Positions 33,759 to 48,700 of a stretch of 64,000 nt of DNA are shown piece after piece (position 1 is the first letter of the stretch; each line of letters begins with the position of its first letter). The notes below the pieces were generated by a model, which was not told where the DNA came from, did not search any database, and saw only the letters and a program-made list of their open reading frames with translations. Source of the DNA: Ruditapes philippinarum (Eukaryota); NCBI RefSeq assembly GCF_026571515.1, contig NW_026852108.1:1-64000 (forward strand), given 5' to 3'. Position numbers and translations under genes: made by a program.

Positions 33759-36700
33759 GTGTGTAAATTCACTTAATTAAAACCACACTTTCCAATTGTC
33801 TCCATACTGCACAGAATTTTGAATCCAGTCACTTTGACAGTTCATCGAGATAGTGCATTTTTTTTTCATTTCCCCAGCGCAACCCTGCTATGTTTTGCAG
33901 GTTTATAGACATTGCACGGGGGCCACCATTAAACCTTGGAAAATTGATTCCTCTTATGAAAATTTGACTGTCAGATACACAGGCGCTAGTCACATAATCA
34001 AATATTTTACAGAATCGGTCTATATATGTATATAAAGATATAAGGCCCCAAACGAAACAAAAACATCATGCGGAACAAACAAGAACAATGCTGAAAGAAA
34101 CGACCAGATCACGGTTATCTCTTACTGGTCGCCATCTGAAAGGATCAATCCAAGCGTTAAAGCTTTTTATTTCATTAAAATTCTTCAAATAGCAAAGAAA
34201 TGAGTGAAAGTTTCGGAAAATGCCAATATTTTCAATCCATGTCGTTTTCGACGTCCAATCTATTCATGTATACAAACACTATTTCTGGTCGATTTCTACG
34301 AAATAAATAGAAAACATCTAAAATTTCGTCATAAAATTCATAAACAAACCTTTTTTCTATCAATCTGCGAAGTCTAAATTGAACTAGAGCCCTCTTTGTA
34401 CTCAAATATTTAAAAAATATTGGTTGTAGAAGCGGAGGTAAAGTAAAGTGCGCCATTTGAAATTTGAAGTGACAGATAAATGAAGCAAAGAAATAGTATT
34501 ATACGATTGGTCAATAGTATTCCGGTAATTATCTTAACCAATCAAATCCTTATATAATATTCAGAGTGGAACAGTTTATACATGCGCTATACATGGCGAT
34601 AAAATACTGTCACAAGCGAGATCCTTGTGTATTTTTTAATGAAATACGTACGAAGAGGGCATTTGATCAGTGAAGACTTCGCAGATCGATAGGAAAAGAG
34701 TTTGTTTATGGAACGTACGTGGAAATTCTAGCCGGTTTTTGTTTTTTTCCGTAAAAACCGATCAGAAATCGTGTTTATATACATGAATGGACTGGACGTC
34801 GAAAACGACATGAATAAAATATAATGGCATTTTGCGAAACTTTTCCTCATTTTTTTGCTATTTGAGGGATTTTAATGAAATAAAAAGCGTTGGCACTTGG
34901 ATTGATCCTTTCAGATGGCGACCAGAAAGAGATAACCATGATCTGGTCGTTTATTGCAGCAGTGTTCTTGTTTGTTCTGCATGATGTTTTTCTTTCGTTG
35001 GGGGCCTTATATCTTTATATACATATATAGACCGATTCTGTAAAATATTTGATTATGTGACTAGCGCCTGTGGTCAGATAGGCTTACACTTGGGTTGAAA
35101 ACAGAAAAGATTGTGGTTTCGGCTAACTTGATTTATAATAAATTATATGGGAATGTGAAAAGGTCCAGAGTGAGACCACTTGTGGTTAAGCTTGCCTTGC
35201 TACATACAACATGTATATTTAAAAGGAAATCTAAAACTGTTAAAAATATATAGATTTCCAGCCTAAGAATAATTGTTGAGGTATGCCGATTGAAAACGGA
35301 AGCGCTTTACAAAAAAAAATAGTATTTCACCAATCACTTTTTTTTTCATGTATATTATTATTAATAACACACCATATTAGCTATAAAGCTTGTTTAATGT
35401 TACTTTCATGAAAATTACTTGTTGTCTTTAAATTAATGGAACATCCACTGAGAAATGAGTAAATCACACAGGGAATTCCCCAGGATTTTTTTTAAGTGCT
35501 ACATTTTTTAATTAGACGGGGATGGGTGCGGGAGGTGGTCTTGACCCCCATACCGCGTGTCGAAAATTTTTGCCATTTTAGGTCAGGGTTCTCACTAGGA
35601 CTTTAAAACATGGAGTCCATGGACTCCCAACCCTGAAAAAGTTGGAGTCCAAAAGCGCGTCGCAATTAATATGTTTACAGATTAGTCATATAATGCTCAC
35701 AATAGTATTGCTGATATTTTGAATCTTCAAGAGACTTCCAAAGTTTATAGTTATTCAAAAGAAACTCTGAACTACATAGTAAAATTATTGTTTTGTTGTT
35801 AATATTTATTATGAAATTATTTCATTATAATTCATCAACACATGGAAATCGTTTTTTTGTTGTTTTTTTTTCACTTTTATACCAAATCAAATTTTATTCT
35901 GGTTAAATAAGTCCACTCTAAAGACAAAAAGTTTATATTTGTAAAAAAAAAAACGTAAATGTATATAGGCAGCGTTTAGCGGAATGAATAGGAAAATCGT
36001 GTACAGCTTCACACAGTGTGTAAGAGATTCATCCGATCGACAATTATTTTAGCAAATATCTTCAAAAGGGGGCAAATTGAAGATCGATATTTAAAGATTT
36101 AATGTTGATTAAATAATTAAGGGACAATTCTTTCGCATGTTTGGCTTGGAAACCGATAATTTTTGCGAAATTTGAGGGTTTCTGACGAACGTGAAATCGC
36201 CGATGTTCGGGATAAAACCTAAATATCAAATAAAAGCGTATGTGTATTTTGGTTTGTTGTCCTGGCATTTCGGCACAATATCTTAAATTCTTAATACTCT
36301 TATAGAAAGTTTTTGCAAGAATGAAACTAAAGCAAAATTGTGCCTTGAAAATGCCGAAAATATTCGATAATAATTCAAAATTACATTCATTTGTAATTTC
36401 AGAAAACAGTCTTTAAACTTGCGGCGTACATAGTCGATAATTTTATCCTTTTGTCCGTAAATTTTGCTAATTTCCAATCAACTGATGCTCAAAGATATAA
36501 AATTATCACCTGTGTTATATCTGGGTAATTACATGTACTGAACAGCGCGTGTATACATTAGTCTGATCAATTAGCGTGATTATGATCGGAAGCGTTATCG
36601 CTGATTGGCTAATCGCTTCACGGGTCGATGTGCATAGGACCGCCTATCTATAGACTGACACGCGCTGACGCATTTGTGTATTTGTGGTTGTAAACAATCG

Positions 36701-39700
36701 GTAATGTTTATGCGTCCCCAGGCAAAATTAAGCGTACGTGGAATCCTTGCTCTGAAATATTTGCGTCCTGCTGTAATAAACATGCGTACCGGGACGCCGA
36801 AATAAGCGTCCCCGAGAACCCTGTTAGGTGTCAAGATACTGCTGTGGGCTGTTTTAAGACAAATAATGAAAGCTTTTCACTTGATAAACATTTTCTTAAT
36901 TTTTATTATTTACCTTTCCATTTCCAATAATTCAAATAAATAAACAGTTATATATAAACACAAGTTCACAACATGTGATCAACATTTATATGTATGTGTG
37001 TGTCCCGTTTAAATGAGTATATTTCAGTTGTTTTTTCTTCATTAACATCATTAAAAGTGGGCCTGTCTTCTAGGTTTGTTGTCCTTCCATGCCTTGACTA
37101 CCTTCTCAAAGTTGAAAGATTCTAATGGGGGTCCTTGAAGGGAGACGGCAAGAAGATAGTTTAGAACTTTAACAGAGAGACAATTCCTTTTTTCAGTCTT
37201 AACTCTCTTCAGGCAGTTGAATCCTCGCTCACAATCTGAAATTAATAAATGAAAGACTTTACTTTAAGTAATCATTTATGTTTACCTCATGTCTTTTATT
37301 TATATTGTTTGTTTGCTGTGAATATTTGAAAATTTAAAACTTCCAGCCTGTTTAAACTTAACTGAGTAAAAATATTTATATTTGAAATGTTGAAAAACTT
37401 CTAGCAAAGTGTTACACATCTGCAACTGTCATTGGAATTTCATAAATGGTCAAGAATGAATGAATTTAATAATAATTACCTGCAGTAGTGGTTGGGAGGA
37501 GGAGACCCACAGCAGCAATTCTGTAAAGAGCTGGATGACTGGTATAAAGTTTGCCAGTAATCCAGGTCATGGTCTGGTCGGCTGACTGATCAGTCCCCTC
37601 TAGACTGGCACGTACCTGGTGCCAGTGGCTGCGGCACTGCTCCATATCTGCACCAAAGTACCTGGCCAGCTCCTGTATGTCCTGACAAACCAATGCTAAG
37701 CCTAAGGGGTAGGACAGTGGATTGCACTTCACAAAGCTGTCCATGAACAGGCTCGATTAAAGAGGGCCTGCAAAATTAACTTTTTTTTTCATTTTGGGGA
37801 TACAGTGAACAGAGACAGATTACAAGATTTTTTTAATTAAAAAAGAAAATGACCAATTGGCTGTCACTAAGTGGGATTGTTGATGTATAGTTTTCGTTGT
37901 TGTTTTCACTCAGTTGCAAGTTGATAATGTACAGTCGTAAATGTTTTCAATGTTAAAGTAGCCATCAAACAAATTTATTTCTGAATAATCTAAGCAGATT
38001 AATTCAAGTAAAATACGATTATCATGTATATATTAAAAAGCAAAATGCTCCTGAGACAGTTTCAATGACATTGCTCACAAAAAACTCTTAAAATTGATAG
38101 TGAACTAGGCTTCCCTTTTTCATGTTAGACATATTATTTTTTAAAATCTTAATACGGGGAAGTCAAAGACCGGGCCCGTGAAGCGGGTACGGGCTTTGGC
38201 TTGCCCGGCTATAGACTACACGTGTATATTTAAAAGAAAATCAAATAAAAAACAATTAAAAAAATATATAGAATTCTATACCTAGTATACTATTTTCAGT
38301 CGGGCGCCGCCATTTACAATGTAACTCAATGATTATAGGCGGGGTATTCCGATAACGGAACAATTCTCAACTTTTCGGATTAGTAATAATCGTCGAGTGT
38401 TCCGAGTGAAAACGGAAGCGGTGTATGTAATACCGAATGAAACCTTTAAAACGGAAAGAATGAAAGGATTTTTTAACGACTTCCCCGTTCATAAGCTTTG
38501 CCTAATTTCATATTACTACAGTACTGCTTAGACGTAACGATCATAAAAAAGTGAAAGATGAAATTGAACATTGCACTTATATCAAGACAATTAACTCATT
38601 CATCCCTAAATATCAAACTGTTATATCGCATGTCAATTAACACCTGAAAGTGCGCTAACAGTCGTCTGCAGACATCGATGACAGGTGTCTGTGACGTCAC
38701 ACAGTCTAAAGGCAATTGTGTATCGGGATGTGTATACGCCTCGGGTAATTATCTACACAGGACATGTATATTGGCTTGTTTATTTGGCTAATTGGGGTTA
38801 ACTTATAGACACAATAGAAAGAAATAATGGTCATTTTTAAAGCGCTATGATAATTTTAAGCGCATCAGGATTTCTTGTTCTGAAATTTTAGCGCATCGGT
38901 GCCGATGCGCTAAAAGCGCCTGGGGAATTCCCTGTCACACAGTGCTACAGATAAGCAGCGTATCTGCGTAATTACCCAATAATTTTGACCAATTTACCCA
39001 AATAAAATAAAATCTTTGCGTTATAAAAACGCAAATCAAAATATCAGTACCCAATTTGTTTTGATACTCTAGCGTATTTTCAATATCTTGGACCATAATT
39101 CATCTAGCAAAAAGTGCCAAACAAATCCGAAAATAGCCTGTTTCCCTTTCTGTACTTTCGTTTTCTATTTGTTAACCGGGAACAATTGAGTAGACTGGTT
39201 ATATTAAAGATATTTTTTCGCGGAAAAGCTTTATATACTTATGAGAGATAACTAAATAGCAGTCCAAACTGAGGTTTATTTACTTTCTGCTTCAACAAAA
39301 TGGCGAAACGGGGCTGATAAAAATTAATTATTTCAATGCAGTCTAACAAAATATTTGGTTATTTTACCAAGCCAGATGTTGTAAAAAATTTTTTAAATGA
39401 ACTTTTTAGACAATGTTTGTTTACAGTCTTTGCGTATATTGTTTCCGAGATCCTGGACAATATTTTGACCGATGCAAATCTATGCCAACCAATAAATTTT
39501 TCAATGATACCCAATTTTGTTTCTGTGTTACCCAATTGCTTGTCAAGTCCAGGGGTAAATACCCAATTAACTCAAAAGCTTATCTGTAGCTCTGGTCACA
39601 CAAGCCCAAAATCAATTAAAGAAGCATTGCACTTTTCTATCTAAAAGCAAAACAAAAAAAGACAGCAGATAAATGGTGTTTGATTAACTAACGGACATAA

Positions 39701-42700
39701 CTTAAGTTTGAAGCTTTTACTACAACTGTAATGGCTAATTGTGTTTACATATATTTGGGATTTATACCCCAACATGAACGTTATAACAGGGTTGCAGAGT
39801 TTTCCCCCAAATTTAAACATGCCACACTTTTTTCCCAATCGCAAACAAAGAGATTTTTTTTTTTTCATTTCAGAAGATGATGGGCTTGGCGAGGCAGACA
39901 GCTTTGTTGGTCAATCACCCCCTCAACCAGTAGGTGTTCCACCAACCTCAACAGTGTTAAAAAGTAACTCTGTCCCACAGATTGGTCCTGGAACCCCAGT
40001 TAGACCTCAGGCTAGTCGACCACCCCAAAACATGATGCCACCACTGGCACCCACTTCACAGGTTCCTTCATCAGGAAGCACCATGTCTACGGTTCCACCT
40101 ATGCCTAATGCAAGTGGTAAGTCATAAAACTACAAGTATCAGTGTCAACCAGGGCTTTTTTTCCTTCTATAGCAGGGCCGTTATAGGGCTGCTTCCCCAA
40201 AGAAAAATTCTTTTTTTCCCCAAAAACTGAATTTACATCAAGCCTTTTCTTCCCCTTTTGCAAATATATCGTGTAATTTTTCCCCAAAATTAAACCTAGG
40301 GCTGCTTCCCCAACCTGAGAAAAAAAGCCCTGTCAACTATACGTGTATTTGAATCAAATTAGATTATTAATCATGTGGCAAACCAAAGAATGTTTTTCAA
40401 ATCATGTTATCCAAATAAAAACTTGTAAAATCATGAAAACAAAATTAAGATGTTCGTTTAGTGACAGATTTACCGGTAATTAACATGGATTATGATGGCA
40501 TATTAAGAGTGGGTAGAGGTTACAGAAAATTGAATAACATTATCAAAACTAACGGGTTACCATATTGAACCAATATAAGGGTCATCTAGAGCTGTCATCG
40601 ATATCAACAATATCGATGTATCGTTGATATTTTTTTGTCGATCAATAATCGATACACATTTTAAAAAATCGATACTTTTGACTAATAAATTAAATGTCTA
40701 GAAATTATAAAATTCACCAAAAATATATACAGAAGCAGTAATTTATATCTAATGTTATGCTTTTGTTATATAGTGGAATTATTTCATAGCAATGGTGACA
40801 AAAATATTGTCTGGAAAAAATCATGCAGTGGACAAGACACTGTACAGAACATGTTTTTGACTGAAATCATTGAAACAGGTATGAAAGTGAATGACAGACA
40901 AGTGAGTATAGGATATTATCGATATATCGGTGTATCGTTGATTTTAGTCACTTGATATCGATATATCGTTGATATGCTTTGCACTGAATCAATGACAGCT
41001 CTAGGGTCATCTAATGTAGGTAAACTAATATCAATAGTTGTTTAATGAAATCAATGGATTACGACAATTGTAAGAATAAGTTTGCTTGTGATGATAATTG
41101 CAACTTGTATGAACTCTAAATAAAACACATTTACCATACAAGTGTGTAGAGGAGCAGCAATTACAATGGGAGCTAGAATGCATAGATTCCTACATGACCC
41201 TAATCGGTTTTATTTAAATTTGTATTATCAGATTAGTGGATAATAATAAGAATTTCACCACAAAATATTTCTTAACAAAAGAACACATGTCAATTTTTTG
41301 GGTTAAATCTATTGTTATTCAAATAAAAGGTCAGAGTAGGAATCTATCAATTAGGATAAATGCAATACACATACATTTTATTATATTGATGCAACAGATA
41401 CTTTATTGTGTTTCAGGTTTATCAAGTTTGTATCGCAAGCATGGCTCTAGCAGATATGCTCCAATGCCATCTGGGACATACTCCACCAACTCACCAGCCA
41501 ATTTGATGTCAAATCCCCCAGCTCCCACACCTTTCTCACAAAATTTCACAGAAGCTGCCATGCTTGAACCGTCATCGTCCACACCTAATATTCCTCCAGC
41601 GACGCTACCCCCTCAGCCAAGTATTGGTCAACTACCTGGCATGGGATATGTTGCTAATGCTACAGGTTTGCAATTTAATGATAATATTAATTTTAACTGA
41701 TCATTGAATAAAGATATTGATAGTCGATGGCAGTATAAACCTTATGGTTCCTAAATAACTTTCAATGTGAAGATGGTGCCTTCCAGGATGTATAGAGTAC
41801 AAAAATTGATTTTAAGTATGCTGTTTTCTGTTTCAATATTATAATAAATATTAATGTCATTACAATTTTATATGTAAAACTATGTAGAGCTGTAATGGAT
41901 CAGTTGAGGGAGAATAAATGAGCCGCGTCACGACAAAACCAACATAATGGGTTTGCAGTCTGATCAGGATCCATGCTGTTCGCTTACCAACTTTATTACA
42001 AGTAGAGAAACTGATAGCGAACAGCATGGATCCTGATCAGACTGCGCAGATGCAAACCCATTATGTTGGTTTTGTCGTGACGCGGCTCAAATAAAAAAAA
42101 TCAATCACTCATGAACATCAATAGAGAAGAATGTTCCCCAACAATCTATTCAACTGCTAGTCTTTAGTTAGACTTTAAAAAAAAATAGGGAGAGCTATTG
42201 CACTTGATCCGGGTTAAACATTAGTTTTTGCTTGTAAGTTTGTATTTCTGGAACTACTAAAGAGAATGGGTTGAAACTTCACACACTTATTTGAGAGCAT
42301 TATAGGCTACTGTCCTAGGCCCATAACTCTTAACATGGATAATGACAGTCACACAATTATTATAGCCCTTTTTGAAATTAGAAAATTCTACATTATCCAG
42401 GCCCACGTTTACTGTATCAAGCATTGAGAATAGTTAAGCTGTAATAAGCACACTGTCTTACTGACAGATCTTGTTGTAAGGCCTTCAAAGATATGCACTT
42501 GCCTGCTTTCTCTGTATGATACAAACATTATTCCTCCAATGTAGAATTTTATTACATTCTTCTGACTACAGACAAGCTTGATTACTTGAAACATTTAAAA
42601 AGATAGGTAGTGTCTAGATATTGTATAGGAACTATACTGGAATTGCTGTGTTTACTTATTCAGGTACATATATCCCAGTAGCCCATCACTGGTGCTTTTG

Positions 42701-45700
42701 TAAGAATGTTGAAGGACGTGACATATGGTATCCATTGTCAATGGCAGATAATCTTGCTTTGGAGGATGCTTTTAAATCAGGTAAACAATACTTACTGCAA
42801 AATCATTATTATTTGTGGGGCACTAATTTACATGGTTTTCGTGGATAGGTCAATCTATGAATTTACATTTTACCTTTTGGAAAAGCAATTAGCCCACGAA
42901 ATTTAAGTACCCACAAAAATGTTCTTTTTAACAAAACCACAAAATTTCATGTTCACGAAATTAAGTGAATTTACAGTAATCTGTTCTTCAATGGATTTTT
43001 CTGTCTTTAAATCTGAACGTCCTGTTTCTTTCACATGAATTGTGCATCATGTTGATTTCTATTAAAGGTCAAGAGAGTACTTTAGTGAGTACAGATGGTG
43101 GGAGATATGACGTGAATCTGTCAGAGAGACGTCGTTATGCTGTGTTCTGGGAAGAAGAGCCGAAGGTCATTCAGAGATGTAGCTGGTTCTATAAACGAGA
43201 GGGGGACAACCGCTATGTTCCATATGAAGAAAAATTTGCTCTTCGCTTAGAGGTTTAAACTTTTTTGTTTTTTATGCATAATCAAATCATTGGAAGTCAG
43301 TACATAACAAACTCTCATTTGTTGCTGGATTTCTTAGATTTATTGAGAAACCATAAGGAAGTTTAGGTTACTAAAGCATTACACTGTAAATTGCATCACT
43401 ATTTCTTGTGTCTGTAAAAACTGTTACATATATTTTTCAAATTAAAAAGAAATTCTTCAATTTAAAGTGACATTATGCTCATTCAAGGGTGGTGAGTGAA
43501 TGGGTGAAAGTCAAAATAAGTTTTCATTTTGCCATAATTCCTTTTAATTTAATAATTAAGTTCGCATAAACAATAAATAACTAATAGATCCAAACAAAAT
43601 TTCTGTAAATATCCATAAGGATTTACCTATAAAGCTTAGTTTATGAAAAGAGTGGGGGAGTCTTTTTAAATTTTAGACAGATTTATAATTTTATCCTTAA
43701 CATTTTCCAATATCAACTGTTGGTCAAACACCATTTTGACAGTCAATCTTTTTAAATATAAAGTCAATTCAGCTCAACTTGACCATAAAAATATGAGCAT
43801 AATGTCACTTTAAAGTAAATACTAAAATACAAAATTTTAAAGAAATACAGATTTTTAGCTCGACTTTTCTATGAAAAGGGGAGCTATCCTACTCGCCCCG
43901 GCGTCGGCGTCGGCGTCACACCTTGGTTAAGTTTTTCGTACCACCCCACTTTATTTCAGAAGTATTACAAGTATGGCTTTGAAACTTACCATACTTGTTC
44001 ACCATCATAACCTCCATCTACAGACAAGAGTACATAACTCTGTCAAGGTTTTTGACAGAATTATGGCCCTTTTTTGACTTAGAAAGTGTATTGAGCTTGG
44101 TTAAGTTTTTTGTACCACCTCACTTTATTTCAAAACCATTGGAGGTATTGCTTTGAAACTGACCATACTTGTTTACCATCACGACCTTCATCAACAGACA
44201 AGAGGACATAACTCTGTCAAGGTTTTTGACAGAATTATGCCCCTTTTTGACTTAGAAAATACATTGAATATGGGTAAAATCCACTTATTGCCTTAACCCT
44301 TTGAGATATTGCTTTGAAACTTTTAATGCTATTTCACATCATTACCCCCATCTGTACGCAAGAGAAGGTAACTCTGTCAAGGATTTGTTTTAAAAATTAA
44401 GCCTTTTATCGACTTAGAATCTTGGTTAAGTTTTTAGTACCAGTCCACTTTTTGACTGAACTGTTTGAGATATTAATTTGAAAGTTGGAATACTTGTTTA
44501 CAATCATGATTCCCAAACATGTCCAGGAGAAGGTAATTCTGTCAAAGATTTTATTTGAATTATGGCCCTTAACTGTCAATGTTTTGTATTATAGGCAAGC
44601 ACTAAAAAACTTAAAAAATCTAAAAAAATTCATTCCTATCCACTTGTTCACTTTACCATAAATTATGTCATAATAAAATAATTCTTCACTAAATATCTTA
44701 ATGCTCATGGCCATTGTTCACTTTAAAAATACAGAGATTCTTGTATTGCCTTTTACTGCAAAAACTTTTTTTATTGGCAAGCAATAAAAAAGTCGAGCGC
44801 GCTGTCTTACGGACAGCTCTTGTTATCTAAGAAACTATGCTGCAGGAGTGTAATAAAACCATTTAATAAAAGCGATATTACACTAGTATAACATTTTGAC
44901 ATTGACAACATTTGCATTCTAAACAAAAATATGTGTGTCAATGAAAAATGACTCTTTTTTTCTAAACTTTGTCCTTTTGAATATGTGATAAATTAAATAT
45001 TACATTCATGTAGATTTAATACTAAATTTGTTGAATAAAACAATATTATGCTCATCACAGGCTCTCAGGATATGATTTTATTAAACTTGTTCAATAAATT
45101 TAGTATTAAATCTACACTCGTTAAATATTCTCTGTATACAGTTTGTTTGGTTATTTTATGTGTAGGGTTTAATATTCTTGTTATTTAACTAAACAGGAAG
45201 AATATAAGACAGCAGTTACTAGTGGAGTTTGGCATAAACCGATACAGTTTGAGGGTGGAGAGTCGGTTGTGATGCATAACCCTACAGTAATGGTACATTA
45301 TCAGGCCTCGTCCCAGCCTGACGAGTGGGGAACTGTCCAGGTATTCATATTCCTCTATCTGAAAGCTATATATTAGTTGTTTAACATAGCTATTAGGGGC
45401 CTTCATGATTAAGGTAGCTGACTCGGAATCACTTGCACCTAACCATTGTGGGTTAGAATCTTGCGAGGGACTTGTGGATTCATATAATGAAGCTGTCCAG
45501 CTAGCTGACAGAAGGTCTGTGGTTTTACTTAGCTGCCAGCTTGTGTCTAAAATAAATGTATTTCAGGGCACAGGTTTTTGTCCTTCAGTAAAGCTGGAAT
45601 GTTGTAATATTACCCCCAAACAGCATTGGTGTAACTTAAAAATCCAATCAATCAGTCAATCTGACATAGCTGTTGTACCTCTCTGTAGAGCTGTTTTGAA

Positions 45701-48700
45701 GGTATGTGTGTATTTCAAGGATTATGTGATTGATTATTTCCAGAAAAAATTAACTGCAACTAGGAAAATAATGTTTTATAAGAGATTATTGAACTTATAG
45801 GTTATATTATGATAAATGTGTATTCTCAAGTGGTTTTGAATAAATTTAATGCTGAAAACTGCCAATATATATTACTAAATACATATAAATATATACACTT
45901 GAGTAATTAAAAGATTGAATTCAAAAGATTAATGTTGCCTCATCCTATCTTGTATTATGTGGGTGGGTGCTTGAAGGGTGTTGAATTTTGATTAAAGTGA
46001 TTTTAAGATTTTCTCTGCACATCTAATGAAAGTTATTTACTAGAATAAAAGATGTATGTTTTTAGCATGCTGTATATGTATATTTCTAGTTCAAGAAGTC
46101 ATTTTAAGTAAAGTTATAAAAGTTACATAATACTGTTTTTATACTAAATTCATAGGGTGTCAACATAGGGTCACCTGAGGTAAAAAATCTTCTGTCATAG
46201 TATTTTAGCTAGCATGGTCCTCTCCTTTGTAACAGAACTGACTGAATTGCAAGTAAAATATGTAGTTGTTATACGACTATTAATCATGGACTTTACACAG
46301 TATATATCATAATTATCATGCATATATCATAATTATCATGAACTTTACATGGTATATATTATAATTATCATGCACTTTACATTATGTATATCATATTTAA
46401 TGTGGACATTAATTTTATGATAAATGTTGTGGATGGATTTTATATGGTTTATCACAATTGTCATGGGCTCTGCATGATTCATCATAATAATCATGGATTT
46501 GACATGGTATATCATAATTATCATAGACTTAAAACATGGTTTATCATACTTTTAATGAACTTTACCAGGGCCAAAATACCCTTCTTTGTAGTGGCCCAAT
46601 AAAGGCTGCTTCCCCAATCAAACTAGCTTCTTTTTTCCCAAGTTTGGTCCTCAAAATTCCCCAGTCTTTTGAAATTTCCCATAGAATTTAGAACAAAATT
46701 AAATGAGGTCTTTTACTGCCTAATTAGTATTTCCCACTGCTTTTTGCTGTCCTATTTTGAAGAACATTCCCACTGCTTTTTGCTTTTCTATTTTGAAGAA
46801 TTTGTTAAAATTTTGTGTTAAATTTGAGAACCCTTTTCCCAAAGTATGCTAAAAGCACGAATATTTTCCCCAAGAAATAGGCCGAGGCCCCTTCCTCAAA
46901 AATGGTGTTTTGGCCCTGTTTACATGTATTATCATAATTAGCGTGGAGTTTAGTTGATTTATCATAATTATCATGGACTTAAAATGGTATATCATAATTA
47001 TCATGGACTTCACATGTATTATCATACTTATCACAGACTTTACATGTATCATAAACAACTTTTGGATTCATATATGGAAAGCAATTACCTTGGAAGGGCA
47101 AAGTGTCAATAACTTTGATATGGCAAGTACATCTTGATCATAAACATATGAAGATGATGTTTTTTCCGGGTTGGATTTTTGAGCATTTTAGCACACTCTT
47201 CAAAATGATGTCTGATTTTAAGGAATCCAAAAATTGTTTGATGATTTTAAAGAATCCATTTGTGTGTTGTTTTGTTTTATTATCATATTATGAAATCACA
47301 CACACCAGATGCAGAAGTTACTTGCACTTCTGTAAAGTTCTGAAATGTCGTAAATGTATTCTTGTTTGTTTTGTCACCCCAAGAACTTTTTTTGTAACAG
47401 TCCTATCTAACTTTATAAAGGGGGTTTGGGGCATATAGATTTCAAAGGGTGGAAGATGATGCAACCATGTCCTATAGATACATTTATTATGAAATTATTT
47501 TAAGAGTACAGTAGGGGGACAGTACTAAAAAAAACACAACAAAAAACTAAAAAAGCCAAAAACAACAAAATTCATAGTAGAGCCTTTTCAATGATTTAAA
47601 CAGGGCTCTCAGTAGTGTCAGAAGTTAATGAGTAAAATCAGTTTATTTTTTGTGTCATTAAACTACACAAATCATTTTCCAGTTACGATAAATTTAAGCT
47701 GATTTTTGTAGAATTAAAATCATGAGGTACTTAAGAAATATGACGGTCAAACATTTGTGTATCTGTTGTTGTTGTTTTTGTATTGTATAAATGCTCATCT
47801 GATTGTTGTTTTCCCTCTTTTATATTGTCATGTTGTGTTTTTATCCTGTATTTGTGTGAATATTTTTCTAGTGATTTTCATAGCATTTGAAGATTTCATA
47901 AGGCATGTATTTATTTTGTTTTTCCTTTGCTCTGTGAATATCTAAATTTTTCCTTTTTACATGCAGGCCATAGATTTGATTTAAATTTGTACTATATTAA
48001 TTAAAATAAGAGGAAAATGGAGAAGTACAACACGTCCTCAGAGCTGATTTATTTTCTTTTGGTTTCGGTTCTATCAAAGTATTACGTAATTAAGAATAAT
48101 GAAAGAAAATTGATTATTTATTTCAAGCGGCAGGTCTCCAGGTTCATACAAATTTTCAAATTTAAAATCATACAAAATTTTCACATTTTAAAACATCAGC
48201 AATGAAAAACAACATGCATGTTAAGTCAGTCAGAAATGCCATGTGTGAAATTCCCTTGATCCTTGTGAAAACCTTCTCCTAGAACATTGTTATATATGTG
48301 AGTGACATGTTTGATGAAGTAGTATATTCATGTGATTTCCTGCATGAAGTTTAGTTAAAAGTTAATGAATATTGAAATCTTAAAAAAATTTAAATTTCAA
48401 ATTTTGAACATAAAATAAATAAATTTGGTAACTTTTATCCATATCGCATTGTAGTTCAATCTCATTGGCTTGTTAGAGAATTGGCAAAATATATATTTTT
48501 TTTTTTTGCATAAATTTTTTGTATAAAGTTATATTTAATTTTCAGAGTTATTTAAAGTCTAAAGTAGGTTGTGTATTGAAAGTATTATATTGGTATTAAT
48601 TAATAGATTCTGTAGAAAGTACATGCATTACATCGGTTTGAAAGATTGCGTGTAAAAAGTTGGGTTTGATTCCTTGTAAAACAGATGATAAGGTTGGCAT

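Larger units (their letters stand above)
35469..38934 (-). mobile_element. Internally deleted hAT transposon (hAT5-like, 5-bp TSD) retaining spliced transposase C-terminus
   Basis: TIR CAGGGAATTCCCCAGG / CCTGGGGAATTCCCTG; TCACA on both sides; contains the hAT dimerisation-domain exons listed separately. Confidence 0.82.
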
